Notes: generated from the sequence alone by a model not told the origin. Counted from the first letter of the stretch, positions 33,150 through 43,286 are shown. The stretch: 64,000 nt of DNA from an uncultured Rhodospirillales bacterium (GCA_902763185.1 CACWQT010000009.1:442-64441); one strand, 5' to 3'. Made by a program: numbers and translations.

Positions 33150-35270
33150 ATGAAAAAGTTGTTAAAAGTTGTTTTGATTACACTTTTTAGTTTGTTTTTG
33201 ATTGTATGCGTAGCAGGATATGTTATCTTGTCTAGGGTTGATCTCAATCAATATAAGGGAAAGATTAGCCAAATTGTTTATGATGCCACAGGCAGACAAC
33301 TTGGTATCGGTGAAATTAAAATTAAACCGTCTTTCAGCCCAACGGTTGAGTTAAGTCAGGTTACATTTTCTAATGCAACGTGGAGCAAAGAGCCGTTAAT
33401 GGCTGCTGTCGGTGCGGTTGATGTGAGTGTGGAATTGTTGCCACTAATACATAAAAGTATTGTAATTAAGCGGTTTCTGATTTCTGATGCCGTGGTTAAT
33501 CTTGAGGAAAATAAAGACGGTTCCGCTAACTGGGTTTTTGAGACAAAAGAAAAAGAAGAGCAACCCAAAACTAACGAAAAAACGTCTTTTAATTTTAGTT
33601 TAATCAGTGTTGCTGAAGCGGCAGAAATTGCGAAATCTGAGACATCTGAAAATAATATTCTCTCGTCTATGATAATTAAAGAAGTGGCTCTAGATAATGT
33701 TAAAATTAACTATACCGATAAAACTGCCAAGAAACAGTCCTATGATATAGAAACTTTACGGTTAGATGAAAATGATGATAAGAATATTGATTTCATTTTT
33801 AAGGTTAATGACGGGCTTTATGCCGGTGAAGGTACGGTTGGTGCATTAACCTTACTTAACACTGATAAGGCTTATCCGGTTAAAGCCGATTTGGAAGTAA
33901 TGGGGATTAAGATTACAACGGATTTAGCGTTGTATCATGTCTTAAAAGATATCAGCTTTGCCGGAAATATCGGCGCTAAAGGATTTCTTGGCAAAGACAG
34001 TGGCTATAACGAATCGGCAGAGGTGCAAGTTAAAGGCGATTTGAAAGAAATAGCTGCGGTTATTAAGAGTATTCAAATGGCCGGAAACGTTATTACCGGC
34101 GATGTGATTGCTAAGCTTGATGGTCAAGTACCGTCTGTGAAGGCTGTGTTAAGTTCTGATAAAATTGATATAGCCTCTTTTGCAAAATCACAAAAATCAG
34201 CATGGGCAATTTCTTTGATAAGTGAAGCAAAAGCTACAACTTTGGTTCCGGCAGAAGTTATTCCTTATGATGCTTTGTCAGCAGTCAATGCTGATGCAGA
34301 TATCAGTGTTGCTAAAATTGTTAACAACAATGCAACACTCTTAAATAATCTAAAAGTCAATGCAAAAGTTAATAACGGCGTGGCTGTTTTAAAAGTTTTG
34401 CAGGGACAGTTGGCTAAGGGAAATATTAAAGCTGATGCGACATTGTCTGCAAAAAATAAAACTTTAGCACTTAATGCGGATATGGTTAAGGTTAATTTGT
34501 TAGAATTGATGAATGTTCTTGATGCTCAAAGTGATATGTTTCGGGTTGTTAACGGCGGGGATACTGATTTGTATATCAGATTAAACGGAGCGGGAAATAC
34601 ATATGCTCAGGTGGTTGACAGTCTTTCCGGACAGATTGCTTTGATTGTTGATAAATCTGCATTACATTTGGGTAATATCGGAATGATGAAAGGCGATATT
34701 ATTTCTCAATTGCTTAATACACTTAAAATTACGAAAGGTAATGACGATTTGAATTTGGCTTGTGCCGTGGTTCGGGCAGATGTTAAAGACGGTTTAGCTA
34801 AATTTCCGAACGGCATTGTAGTTAATGCTGATAAATTTACCGTGGTTGCCAACGGTGATGTCAATTTGAAGAATGATAAATTAGGCTTAAGTGTTAAACC
34901 TTTCGGTGGCAAATTGACAGATACAAATATTGCTAAAGCACTTTCTTCTTTGGTAAAAATTACGGGGACATTGCAAAAGCCAACAGTCGGTATTGATACT
35001 GCAAATGTGGTTAAAAATGTGGTTGGTGCAACGATGACCGGTCCGGTTTATTTAGGAGCACAAATGGCTATGGAAAATGATAGTTCACCGTGTTATACCG
35101 CATTGAAAAATACCGGTTATGAAGATAGGTTCCCTAAGTCTGATAACCTTGTAAAATCAACAACCGATGATGCGGGTAAAGTTTTAGGTGATAGTGTTGA
35201 TATGGTTAAGGATACGGCAAAAGGATTGTTGAATATGTTTTCAGGTAAAAAGAAAAAAGATGGACAATAA
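33150..35270 (+). CDS. AsmA family protein
   Basis: N-terminal TM, DLNQYK..I..ATGR, GSANW and a beta-rich body. Confidence 0.88.
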   Translation: MKKLLKVVLITLFSLFLIVCVAGYVILSRVDLNQYKGKISQIVYDATGRQLGIGEIKIKPSFSPTVELSQVTFSNATWSKEPLMAAVGAVDVSVELLPLIHKSIVIKRFLISDAVVNLEENKDGSANWVFETKEKEEQPKTNEKTSFNFSLISVAEAAEIAKSETSENNILSSMIIKEVALDNVKINYTDKTAKKQSYDIETLRLDENDDKNIDFIFKVNDGLYAGEGTVGALTLLNTDKAYPVKADLEVMGIKITTDLALYHVLKDISFAGNIGAKGFLGKDSGYNESAEVQVKGDLKEIAAVIKSIQMAGNVITGDVIAKLDGQVPSVKAVLSSDKIDIASFAKSQKSAWAISLISEAKATTLVPAEVIPYDALSAVNADADISVAKIVNNNATLLNNLKVNAKVNNGVAVLKVLQGQLAKGNIKADATLSAKNKTLALNADMVKVNLLELMNVLDAQSDMFRVVNGGDTDLYIRLNGAGNTYAQVVDSLSGQIALIVDKSALHLGNIGMMKGDIISQLLNTLKITKGNDDLNLACAVVRADVKDGLAKFPNGIVVNADKFTVVANGDVNLKNDKLGLSVKPFGGKLTDTNIAKALSSLVKITGTLQKPTVGIDTANVVKNVVGATMTGPVYLGAQMAMENDSSPCYTALKNTGYEDRFPKSDNLVKSTTDDAGKVLGDSVDMVKDTAKGLLNMFSGKKKKDGQ

Positions 35271-35739
35271 AAGTCGTTTTACGTTATCCGATGTCAAAAA
35301 AGGCGAGTTGGTAAATCAGCTCGTCTCTTTTGCATCAACGGATACATTGTTGTTTTTGCCAAATGATAAAACAGTTATATCGGCACTTCAATCCTTAAAC
35401 GATGTTTTAAATACAGTGTATGTATTATCGCAAGGGATAGAAGTTTTACCACAAAATGTGCAACAAAATAACAGGGTTAAGCAATATTTAGAAAAACTCT
35501 CATCAGATGATGTGGTGTTTGTCTATCAAGTTGGTAAACAATTGCGTTCAGTTTTGCTTGCAATTTTGTTGAGAAGCAAAATCCTTAATTTGAGGCAGGT
35601 TTTTGATCTAGCTTTTTATGAGGAGCTTTGTCAGCAAAAAGATTGGGGAAAGACTGAAGAAATTGTTAAAAGGCAAAATGACATATGGAAAAAATTAACA
35701 GAGCTTTGTGAACAATATGATAAGAGAAGTATATCTTAA
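35260..35739 (+). CDS. Truncated/divergent ATP12-like F1 chaperone
   Basis: TDTLLF, S.LLA and EE..Q...WG motifs, in the position expected near rluC in alphaproteobacteria. Confidence 0.55.
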   Translation: MDNKSRFTLSDVKKGELVNQLVSFASTDTLLFLPNDKTVISALQSLNDVLNTVYVLSQGIEVLPQNVQQNNRVKQYLEKLSSDDVVFVYQVGKQLRSVLLAILLRSKILNLRQVFDLAFYEELCQQKDWGKTEEIVKRQNDIWKKLTELCEQYDKRSIS

Positions 35740-36007
35740 AATAGACGGACGTGTACAAGGTATCGGATTTCGGCGTTGGGCAGTCAATGAAGCTCAGCGT
35801 ATCGGGGGTATTTCCGGTTGGGTCAGAAATGAAGATGACGGCAGTGTAGAAATTTTAATGCGAGGAGAAGAAGATAGCATCAATGAAATGATTAAATCTT
35901 GTTATCAGGGGCCGATGTTTGCCAGAGTTGATAAAATTTCTTTTCTGCCCAAAATCACTAATTATTTTTTGCCAGCTATAACAGAGGGACGGTTTATTCG
36001 TATCTAA
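35717..36007 (+). CDS. acyP: Acylphosphatase
   Basis: GRVQGIGFR, GWVRN.DDGSVE, GP..ARV. Confidence 0.93.
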   Translation: MIREVYLKIDGRVQGIGFRRWAVNEAQRIGGISGWVRNEDDGSVEILMRGEEDSINEMIKSCYQGPMFARVDKISFLPKITNYFLPAITEGRFIRI

Positions 36008-36079
36008 TCCAAAGGATAATTGTTTTAAGTCAAAACAGAGTATATTTATTTTTCGGTTCAATTTTTCAGGAGAATAAAT

Positions 36080-36358
36080 ATGCGTGTTGATAAAACAGTT
36101 GAAAATGCTCATGAGTGCCAATGTTTAAATTGTCCGTCATATACCAAGACCTGTAAGATAAAGAATAATATGCATACGCCATTAGATGTGGCAGAGCGGA
36201 TAGATAATGATGAACATTGGGAATTATTGTTTTGTGCGATGGATAAAAGTAATTGTATTCATGAAAATCGCGGTTGCAAATGTATGGATTGTCCGGTGCA
36301 TAAAAAATATGCGCTCAATAATGAGGATTATTGCCTGCATACTGGTGGTGTATATTAA
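36080..36358 (+). CDS. DUF2769-like Cys-rich protein
   Basis: CQCLNCPSY, LFC...KS.CI...GCKC..CPV...Y.L...YC. Confidence 0.7.
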   Translation: MRVDKTVENAHECQCLNCPSYTKTCKIKNNMHTPLDVAERIDNDEHWELLFCAMDKSNCIHENRGCKCMDCPVHKKYALNNEDYCLHTGGVY

Positions 36359-36376
36359 TATTGCGGCGTTTAATTC

Positions 36377-37042
36377 ATGCAAGGTAAAACAGTGGTTCAA
36401 AAAAACAGCGCGGAAAAGCATTTTTTGCGCCTATATCGGATGGTCAGAGAGCGAGAAGCATATCTTTCCGATGAGGCAAAAATAGTGCAATATAGCGCTG
36501 TTCTCCGCTATTTCATGAGATTTCTGCAATTAAAAGAGCCATATTCGGAAACGGTTTGCTCTGTTTTGTATCAAATAGATTTGAGGTTAGGCGATATATA
36601 TTGTAATGATGCATTGCACGGGCAAAATAACGGCAGATATTTTTTGGCGGCAGAGTATTACAATCAGGCGCTTTTATATGCAAAAAAGCCTGAGGAGAAA
36701 AACAGAATCTTGAGTGCACTGAAAAATATTTATTTGTATCTTGATGATGAAGATGCTTTGGTCAGATTAGAAAAAGCAAGAGCAGAAAATTATGATGCAG
36801 AAGATAAATTTTCGGTTTATGTCAGGCTTGCGCAAAATACTGAGAATCCCTATATTAAAGCAGAGTTTCTGGCAAAAGCTCTTGATTTTGTGACTTATCA
36901 GGATAAAAATTTTTATGCTAAGTATCAGGATACTCTTGACGTTTGCAGTCGGTTGACTGTATTGTATGAGCTGACTGGAGAAAAAAATAAAGCAACCAGG
37001 GTTAGCCAGTTGCGTGAAAAAACATTAAAACTATTGAATTAG
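36377..37042 (+). CDS. Hypothetical helical (TPR-like) protein
   Basis: LGDIY and AAEYYNQAL patterns. Confidence 0.6.
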   Translation: MQGKTVVQKNSAEKHFLRLYRMVREREAYLSDEAKIVQYSAVLRYFMRFLQLKEPYSETVCSVLYQIDLRLGDIYCNDALHGQNNGRYFLAAEYYNQALLYAKKPEEKNRILSALKNIYLYLDDEDALVRLEKARAENYDAEDKFSVYVRLAQNTENPYIKAEFLAKALDFVTYQDKNFYAKYQDTLDVCSRLTVLYELTGEKNKATRVSQLREKTLKLLN

Positions 37043-37051
37043 GAGAGAACT

Positions 37052-37987
37052 ATGGCACTTTATACGGCTGATTTGCTGATTTTAGGTTCCGGACCTGCCG
37101 GATATACCGCAGGGATTTACGCGGCGCGCGCCGGTATCAGCGTGATGATTGTTTCGGGTAATCAAGAGGGCGGTCAGCTGACGATGACAAATAGTATTGA
37201 GAATTTCCCCGGTTTTGAGGAAATCAGCGGTTTTGAACTGATGGATAAAATGAAACAACAAGCCATTAAACTCGGTGTGCAGTTTGTTACCGACCATATT
37301 GTTGAAGTTGATTTTGCGCACAGACCGTTTATTTGCAGTTCTGAAAACGGGCATTCATATAAAGCGCGCGCGGTAATTGTGGCAACCGGCTCTTCAGCAA
37401 AATGGCTTAATTTGGCATCTGAAAAGAAATACTTGGGCTATGGTGTGTCGGCGTGTGCAACTTGTGACGGGTTCTTTTATCGCGGACGGACGGTTGCGGT
37501 TATCGGTGGGGGAAATTCAGCGGTGGCTGAAGCACTTTACTTGGCAACGCTTGCTGAAAAAGTTTATTTAATTCATCGTCGGCATCAGCTCCGTGCTGAT
37601 AAAGTTTTGCAGGACAGAGTATTGGCGAATCGCAAAATTGAGGTGTTGTGGGATACTGTTGTGGAAGATATTTTAGGTGTTGATGAACCCAAGAAAGTTA
37701 CCGGTTTAAAAATCAGAAATGTTAATACCGATGCGTGCAAAGAAATCAATGCCGAAGGTATATTTGTTGCGGTTGGGCACCAGCCGAATACGGAAATTTT
37801 TAAGGGCAATCTTATTTTAGACAGTAAAGGATATATTGTTACTCAAGAAAAGAGTTCTGCCACCGGAATTGAAGGTGTGTTTGCTGCGGGCGATGTTATG
37901 GATCCGAAGTATAAGCAAGCTGTCATTTCTGCCGGTAGCGGTGCTAAGGCAGCAATGGATGCCGTAGAGTATTTGGATGAGCACTAA
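37052..37987 (+). CDS. trxB: Thioredoxin-disulfide reductase
   Basis: GSGPAG, CATCDG, GGGNSA, FAAGD. Confidence 0.97.
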   Translation: MALYTADLLILGSGPAGYTAGIYAARAGISVMIVSGNQEGGQLTMTNSIENFPGFEEISGFELMDKMKQQAIKLGVQFVTDHIVEVDFAHRPFICSSENGHSYKARAVIVATGSSAKWLNLASEKKYLGYGVSACATCDGFFYRGRTVAVIGGGNSAVAEALYLATLAEKVYLIHRRHQLRADKVLQDRVLANRKIEVLWDTVVEDILGVDEPKKVTGLKIRNVNTDACKEINAEGIFVAVGHQPNTEIFKGNLILDSKGYIVTQEKSSATGIEGVFAAGDVMDPKYKQAVISAGSGAKAAMDAVEYLDEH

Positions 37988-39363
37988 TTAACTTTGATTT
38001 CGTATAGGCAATAAGCTCTGTTAAGGTAGTGCTTTAGGGTAAATATCAGATTAGTATTGTAATAGTTTTGTTCTCCGCACGTACGGAAAAGCAAGGTGTT
38101 TGGGTATTTTTTGATATAATCAGCAATGTCTTTAGGTTGAATGGCTTTTTGGAACCATATTAAAAAGCGTTGAAAGGATTGAAAATCGCTAAAATCGGTC
38201 ATTTGCTGATTTAGAAGCGTGATGTTGTTGTTTAAATATGGGCGGATAATGTTGGCATCAAATTGTTCAAATAAAATAACTTTTGCAGGATTGTTCTGAT
38301 ATAATCGGTTTAAGGCCAAAGCGCTTTCTTTGAGGTTATTTTGGTAGTTTTGCAAATATTTGGTTTTATAAGATGAGTATGGGTTAAAAATCAATGCAAA
38401 GCTCATAAGCGTCAACGGGAGAAGATAGAGTTTTTTTGTATTGTGAGGCGTGGATACTAAAGACAGCCAATAAGAAGCAATCAGACTGATGTAGAGAAAG
38501 TGATGTTGTTGGATGCCTCCTTGATAGATACAAGTGTAAAGAAATAATTGCAATCCGGTGGTTATCATTAAAAATAAGGCGGAAATATAAGATTTTTGTT
38601 TGATTTGCAGGTATAAAGCAGAAAGTATCAGCAAACAAAACAGTGGTGCATTTAAGGGATAAAAGGCTTTGTTCAATCCGGCATAAAGTGTGTTAAATGT
38701 CGGGGTGGCTGTGGCGGTAGCACTGTCATAACCATAAAACTGTAAGAGGAGTAGCACCAATTCCAATAAACCAAAATTTAGGGTAATAAAAAGCGGTATA
38801 AAATTTTTGGTCTGGGCAATTTTAATGGTTTCACAGAAGAAGAACAGTCCTAAAGGTAAAGCCATAAATAAACCCAGGAGATGTGTGTTTGCCAATAAAA
38901 TAATGCAAGAGAGGTATAGAATCTGATGCTTGTGGCGCTCTTTATAGAGGGATAGCGTGGCAAATAAAAAGAGTATGGTTAAGGTATAGTTACGGGCAAA
39001 ATTGGAATATAATTGTAAAAATGGTGCGGATAGGGTAATGAGATATTTGAGGTAAGTGGGAAAGAGGGCAAACCGATAAAAGATAAAGAATGCCACTAGG
39101 AATAATATCAAATTTAATGCATAGAGTGAATAAGGATAGATAAAATCCGTTTTGGCAAATGGCATTAAAAGATAATACCACAAAAACGGATGTCCCTCAG
39201 TTTTGGTTATCTCAAAAATTTGTAAGGGTGATAAATATTTGGCAATGTTCCAAGCGTGTGATTCATCAAATTGTGGCGGACAATTCCAATTAAAGTAGAT
39301 ACTAGCCAAAGCTAATAAACTCAATCCTACAAGATAAATATGATTACGCCTTAAGAAATCCAT
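37984..39363 (-). CDS. Multi-TM protein, GT-C glycosyltransferase-like
   Basis: DE..AW, EGHPFLWY, ARNY and many TMs. Confidence 0.6.
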   Translation of the reverse strand: MDFLRRNHIYLVGLSLLALASIYFNWNCPPQFDESHAWNIAKYLSPLQIFEITKTEGHPFLWYYLLMPFAKTDFIYPYSLYALNLILFLVAFFIFYRFALFPTYLKYLITLSAPFLQLYSNFARNYTLTILFLFATLSLYKERHKHQILYLSCIILLANTHLLGLFMALPLGLFFFCETIKIAQTKNFIPLFITLNFGLLELVLLLLQFYGYDSATATATPTFNTLYAGLNKAFYPLNAPLFCLLILSALYLQIKQKSYISALFLMITTGLQLFLYTCIYQGGIQQHHFLYISLIASYWLSLVSTPHNTKKLYLLPLTLMSFALIFNPYSSYKTKYLQNYQNNLKESALALNRLYQNNPAKVILFEQFDANIIRPYLNNNITLLNQQMTDFSDFQSFQRFLIWFQKAIQPKDIADYIKKYPNTLLFRTCGEQNYYNTNLIFTLKHYLNRAYCLYEIKVN

Positions 39364-39365
39364 GG

Positions 39366-40478
39366 CTAAACATTAAATAAGAAATTCATCAAATCACCGT
39401 CTTGGACAATATAGTCTTTACCCTCGGAGCGGATTTTGCCGGCTTCTTTACAGCCTTGTTCGCCGTTATATTTAATGTAATCGTCATAAGATATGGTTTC
39501 GGCACGGATAAAACCGCGTTCAAAATCCGAGTGGATTATGCCGGCACATTGCGGTGCTTTAGAGCCTTTTAAGAAAGTCCAAGCGCGGACCTCCTTCGGG
39601 CCGGCGGTAAAATATGTTTCTAAGCCTAAAAGTGCATAACCGGCTTTAATGATTTTGGTAAGACCGGTTTCGGTTAAGCCTAAAGCTGCTAAAAATTCTT
39701 GTTTTTCTTCATCGCTCTCCAATTGTGCAACTTCTGATTCTATTTCAGCAGAAATGATAATCGCTTTGGCATTTTCTTTTTGGGCTTTTTCAAAAACTTT
39801 TTTAGAAAAGTCATTGCCGTTTGCGGCACTTTCTTCGTCTACGTTGCAGACATAAAGCACCGGTTTAGAAGTTAAAAGTTGGAGCATTTGATATTGTTTC
39901 CAATCATCCTTATTCTCCGGTGAAGGTGCGGCAGTGCGTGCCGGCTTGCCGGTTTTCAAGGCATCTATAATCGGCTCCATGACACGCGCGCGAACAGCGG
40001 CCTCTTTATCTCCGCCGGTTTGTGCACGCTTCTTGGTTTGTTCAAAACGCTTTTCTAAAGATTCCAAATCGGCAATCATCAATTCGGTCTCAACAATTTC
40101 AGCATCGCGAATCGGGTCAACCGAACCTTCAACGTGCGTGATGTTGCTATCTTCAAAACAGCGTAAAACATGTATAATTGCGTCTGTCTCACGAATGTTG
40201 GCTAAAAATTGGTTGCCTAAACCTTCGCCTTTGCTGGCGCCTTTTACGAGTCCGGCAATATCTACAAATTCCAGTTGGGTCGGGACAATGTTTTTGGGGT
40301 GGACAATATCTGCTAATTTTTGCAAGCGTTCATCCGGCACGGCTACGCGACCGGTGTTCGGTTCAATGGTGCAGAACGGAAAGTTTGCCGCTTGGGCAGC
40401 GATAGTTTGTGTTAGTGCGTTAAAAAGTGTGGATTTGCCAACGTTTGGAAGACCAACAATACCACAATTAAACCCCAT
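39366..40478 (-). CDS. ychF: Ribosome-binding ATPase YchF
   Basis: GIVGLPNVGKST, DIAGLVKGAS, IHSDFERGFIRAE. Confidence 0.98.
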   Translation of the reverse strand: MGFNCGIVGLPNVGKSTLFNALTQTIAAQAANFPFCTIEPNTGRVAVPDERLQKLADIVHPKNIVPTQLEFVDIAGLVKGASKGEGLGNQFLANIRETDAIIHVLRCFEDSNITHVEGSVDPIRDAEIVETELMIADLESLEKRFEQTKKRAQTGGDKEAAVRARVMEPIIDALKTGKPARTAAPSPENKDDWKQYQMLQLLTSKPVLYVCNVDEESAANGNDFSKKVFEKAQKENAKAIIISAEIESEVAQLESDEEKQEFLAALGLTETGLTKIIKAGYALLGLETYFTAGPKEVRAWTFLKGSKAPQCAGIIHSDFERGFIRAETISYDDYIKYNGEQGCKEAGKIRSEGKDYIVQDGDLMNFLFNV

Positions 40479-40568
40479 TTTATTGCTCCTTTATTTTAAT
40501 TTATTCTATATGGGCGGTTATAGGCGATATTTTGTTTAATTGCAACATAAATAAAGTGTAATGGATAA

Positions 40569-40600
40569 GAAAAAGGCCTACCACGTGAGTGGTAAGCCTG
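40569..40600 (-). terminator. Terminator of orphan gene
   Basis: AGGCCTACCAC-GTGA-GTGGTAAGCCT, with an A-run on the plus strand (U-run on minus). Confidence 0.6.
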
Positions 40601-40604
40601 TCAT

Positions 40605-41135
40605 TCAAACGAAGAAACCCATAGGCGGCTGGGGAGCATACAGCCTTTGGTAAATCTTTGGATACTGCTTCTCAATTTTCCTCTTAGCATAATCTGTCCA
40701 CTCTAAGCCTCCGAATGACAGTTGCTTGATGAGGGGTTCGCTATCCATTGCTAACCAAATGTGCTCCTGCTCAATGGTATGAGCGTTCTTGTAAATGTTA
40801 GCGATGACCTTTGCATAGACTTCCAACAAACTGGAATTTTTGCAGATTGTGGCCATTGCTCTCCATGAGAGATGCATATCCGGTATGTGGGCAATAAAAC
40901 CCGCATCTTGCTCCGGATGCATGCGGTCAATATTAGCAAGAACTGCTTTCAGCATGCATTCGCGCTCATCTGTTAGCGCAGGGTTTTCATTTTTCTTCTT
41001 GGCGGCAAGTTGCGGATTTTTGGGTAGCATTGCCTTTAATTCCTTTACTGCTTGCTCAAGAAGTTCTTCTTTTGTTGGGAGCGGCGCTTCTCTTTTGCGC
41101 TTCTGCTCCAAGATGTCCTTTGCGAAACTCTTCAT
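40605..41135 (-). CDS. Hypothetical protein (orphan between pth and ychF)
   Basis: 176 aa ORF with an A/T-rich leader. Confidence 0.7.
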   Translation of the reverse strand: MKSFAKDILEQKRKREAPLPTKEELLEQAVKELKAMLPKNPQLAAKKKNENPALTDERECMLKAVLANIDRMHPEQDAGFIAHIPDMHLSWRAMATICKNSSLLEVYAKVIANIYKNAHTIEQEHIWLAMDSEPLIKQLSFGGLEWTDYAKRKIEKQYPKIYQRLYAPQPPMGFFV

Positions 41136-41178
41136 AATTTTTAATAATTAAATGACCTAAAAATAAGTTAAAAAACTT

Positions 41179-41751
41179 CTATTTGGTATTATGCATACCA
41201 ACAAGGTTGGAATAGTGTGCAACGCCTTTTTTAATTAGTTCGTTAATTGTTGAAGCCACAAAATCCAACTTTTCTTCTAAAACTTCCATTTCCTTTTTCG
41301 AAAAACGAGAAAGGACAAAACTTATAGTATCTGTGTGGTGTTCTTGGGGTGATCCGGCCCCGATACGGATGCGATTATACTCTAAACCTAGGTGAGAGTC
41401 AATATTTTTTATGCCATTATGTCCGCCGGCCGAACCTCCGATTTTTGCTTTGATTTTACCTAAAACCAAGTCTTTGTCATCGTGAATAACGATAATGTTT
41501 TCAGTTGGGATTTTATAAAAAGAGGCGACTTTGGCAACCGAATTGCCGGAAAGGTTCATAAATGTTTGCGGTTTTAAGAGGAGAACTTTTTCGCCGTCTA
41601 TATTACCCTCTGCCAGCAAGCCGTCAAACTTTGCTTTATAGGGTGAAAAATTATAGCGGCTGTGGATTAAATCAGCCGCCATAAAACCAATGTTGTGGCG
41701 GGTTAATGCATATTCCTCACCGGGATTACCAAGACCGACCACCAAATACAT
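41179..41751 (-). CDS. pth: Peptidyl-tRNA hydrolase
   Basis: GLGNPG, TRHNIGF, KPQTFMNLSG, GGHNG. Confidence 0.97.
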   Translation of the reverse strand: MYLVVGLGNPGEEYALTRHNIGFMAADLIHSRYNFSPYKAKFDGLLAEGNIDGEKVLLLKPQTFMNLSGNSVAKVASFYKIPTENIIVIHDDKDLVLGKIKAKIGGSAGGHNGIKNIDSHLGLEYNRIRIGAGSPQEHHTDTISFVLSRFSKKEMEVLEEKLDFVASTINELIKKGVAHYSNLVGMHNTK

Positions 41752-41766
41752 ATTCAGTCACCTGAA

Positions 41767-42057
41767 TTACTTGCGCATAAAGTCAACGTGTATCGGCATA
41801 TCCGATACAGGGTCAAACTGAACATCTTTGCAAACAACTTTCTCGCTCTTTTTATCTAAAGCGATAGTGATTACAGATTTGTAGAAATCAGCCAAATCTA
41901 AAGCCTTTTCCAACTCTACCGGATGCAAACTGATGTTTACAGCATCTTTTTTGCCGCCATAAATAACAGCAGGGATACGGCCTTCTCTACGACATTGACG
42001 AGCTGCCCCCTTACCTGCTTTTTCACGCAAAACTGCATTAAATGTAATTTCTGACAT
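41767..42057 (-). CDS. rplY: 50S ribosomal protein L25 (short, single-domain)
   Basis: GKGAAR..RR.G.IPAVIYG, VQFDPV..PIHVDF. Confidence 0.95.
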   Translation of the reverse strand: MSEITFNAVLREKAGKGAARQCRREGRIPAVIYGGKKDAVNISLHPVELEKALDLADFYKSVITIALDKKSEKVVCKDVQFDPVSDMPIHVDFMRK

Positions 42058-42123
42058 GTTTTTATTCCTTATTTCAAATTAAAAAACCGCCGATAACCTC
42101 CAGGGGTGCTATCAGCGGATAAA

Positions 42124-42152
42124 CTTATAGGTCTTGTTTTAATAAGAGTCAA
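42124..42152 (-). promoter_or_regulatory. Sigma70 promoter of rplY
   Basis: Minus strand TTGACT-N17-TATAAG. Confidence 0.65.
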
Positions 42153-42160
42153 GTTTTTAT

Positions 42161-42970
42161 TTAAGCATTTTTAGGGCTTTTTTGCACCTTTTGCTCATAG
42201 GCTTTTTTATCACGTAAAAAGCTTAGGCAAGAAAAAGGAATGCTTAGCGCATATAATGCGGTTAAAATACCTAATGTCAGCGAAGTTTGCGTAAATAAGA
42301 AATGTGCAACAATCGCAACAAAAACCAATAGTGGTATCACCATTGAAGGTTTAATTTTGGCTTTTTTAAGGGAAAGCGTCGGAATCCGACTGGTTTCCAA
42401 GTAAAATACGATGCACATCCAAATACTGCAAAAGACGTGAGTTCTTAAAAAGGGTTTGGTTTCGGCTAAGTCAAAGCCCAGCAATATCGGCATAATCACC
42501 ATGGCGGCGGCGGCAGGTGCGGGAACGCCGGTAAAATAATGTGACCAATATGGCGGAACGGTTTCATCTTCAAGCATGGTATTAAAGCGGGCTAAACGAA
42601 GGGCCATACCCATTGCAAAAAGCAGGCAGAAGAACCAACCGATTTTTTTCAAATCAAACAAGCACCATTGATACATCAGTATTGCGGGTGCTACGCCAAA
42701 GCTGATGAAATCGCTTAGAGAATCGAGTTCAGCGCCGAATTTTGATGAGGCTTTTAGCATACGTGCGACTCGGCCGTCAAGGCCGTCAAAAAGAGCCGCT
42801 AAAAAAATAAAGAGAACCGCTCTGGTCCAGTTTTCACTGATTGCGTACCGGATGGATGTCATTCCCGAACATAGCGCCAGCATGGTCACAATGTTGGGTA
42901 CAAGTTTACGAAAAGGCATTTCCGCAAACTTATCGGTAGAAAATTCTACCCCTAATTCTGTTTTTTTCAT
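42161..42970 (-). CDS. pssA: CDP-diacylglycerol--serine O-phosphatidyltransferase
   Basis: DGLDGRVAR...FGAELDSLSD, RLARFN, FTGVP. Start placed at MKKTELG. Confidence 0.92.
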   Translation of the reverse strand: MKKTELGVEFSTDKFAEMPFRKLVPNIVTMLALCSGMTSIRYAISENWTRAVLFIFLAALFDGLDGRVARMLKASSKFGAELDSLSDFISFGVAPAILMYQWCLFDLKKIGWFFCLLFAMGMALRLARFNTMLEDETVPPYWSHYFTGVPAPAAAAMVIMPILLGFDLAETKPFLRTHVFCSIWMCIVFYLETSRIPTLSLKKAKIKPSMVIPLLVFVAIVAHFLFTQTSLTLGILTALYALSIPFSCLSFLRDKKAYEQKVQKSPKNA

Positions 42971-43161
42971 CAAATTACCTTTCTTAAATAAGGCATATAC
43001 CGAAACGCAGTTTCTGCCGTATATGCCATTGTTTTTTAAGCTGTTAACGGTGCGCTGCACGGCGTTAACGGTTGAATTTTACTCAAGGCTTAAAAAAAAT
43101 ACAAGTTTTATGTTGCAATTATAATTTTTTGTTTGTATAAGGTTTTCTGTTGATTGATTTT

Positions 43162-43248
43162 GCGCTTGTGGCGGAACTGGTAGACGCTGCAGACTTAAAA
43201 TCTGTTGGGAGCAATCCCGTGCCGGTTCGATTCCGGCCTAGCGCACCA
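43162..43248 (+). tRNA. tRNA-Leu (anticodon TAA)
   Basis: 87-nt cloverleaf: GCGCTTG/CTAGCGC acceptor, GCAGA-CTTAAAA-TCTGT anticodon arm, long variable arm, GGTTCGA, encoded CCA. Confidence 0.96.
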
Positions 43249-43286
43249 ATAAAAAAACAGGGATTTATTCCCTGTTTTTTTATTGG
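43246..43286. terminator. Terminator hairpin after the tRNA
   Basis: Perfect 18-bp stem CCAATAAAAAAACAGGGA/TCCCTGTTTTTTTATTGG. Confidence 0.8.

Noticed and set aside
39934-40539. Long antisense ORFs (here opposite ychF; also opposite gyrB, serS and the CPA2 gene)
   Set aside because: These are shadow frames of conserved genes with no recognisable motifs.
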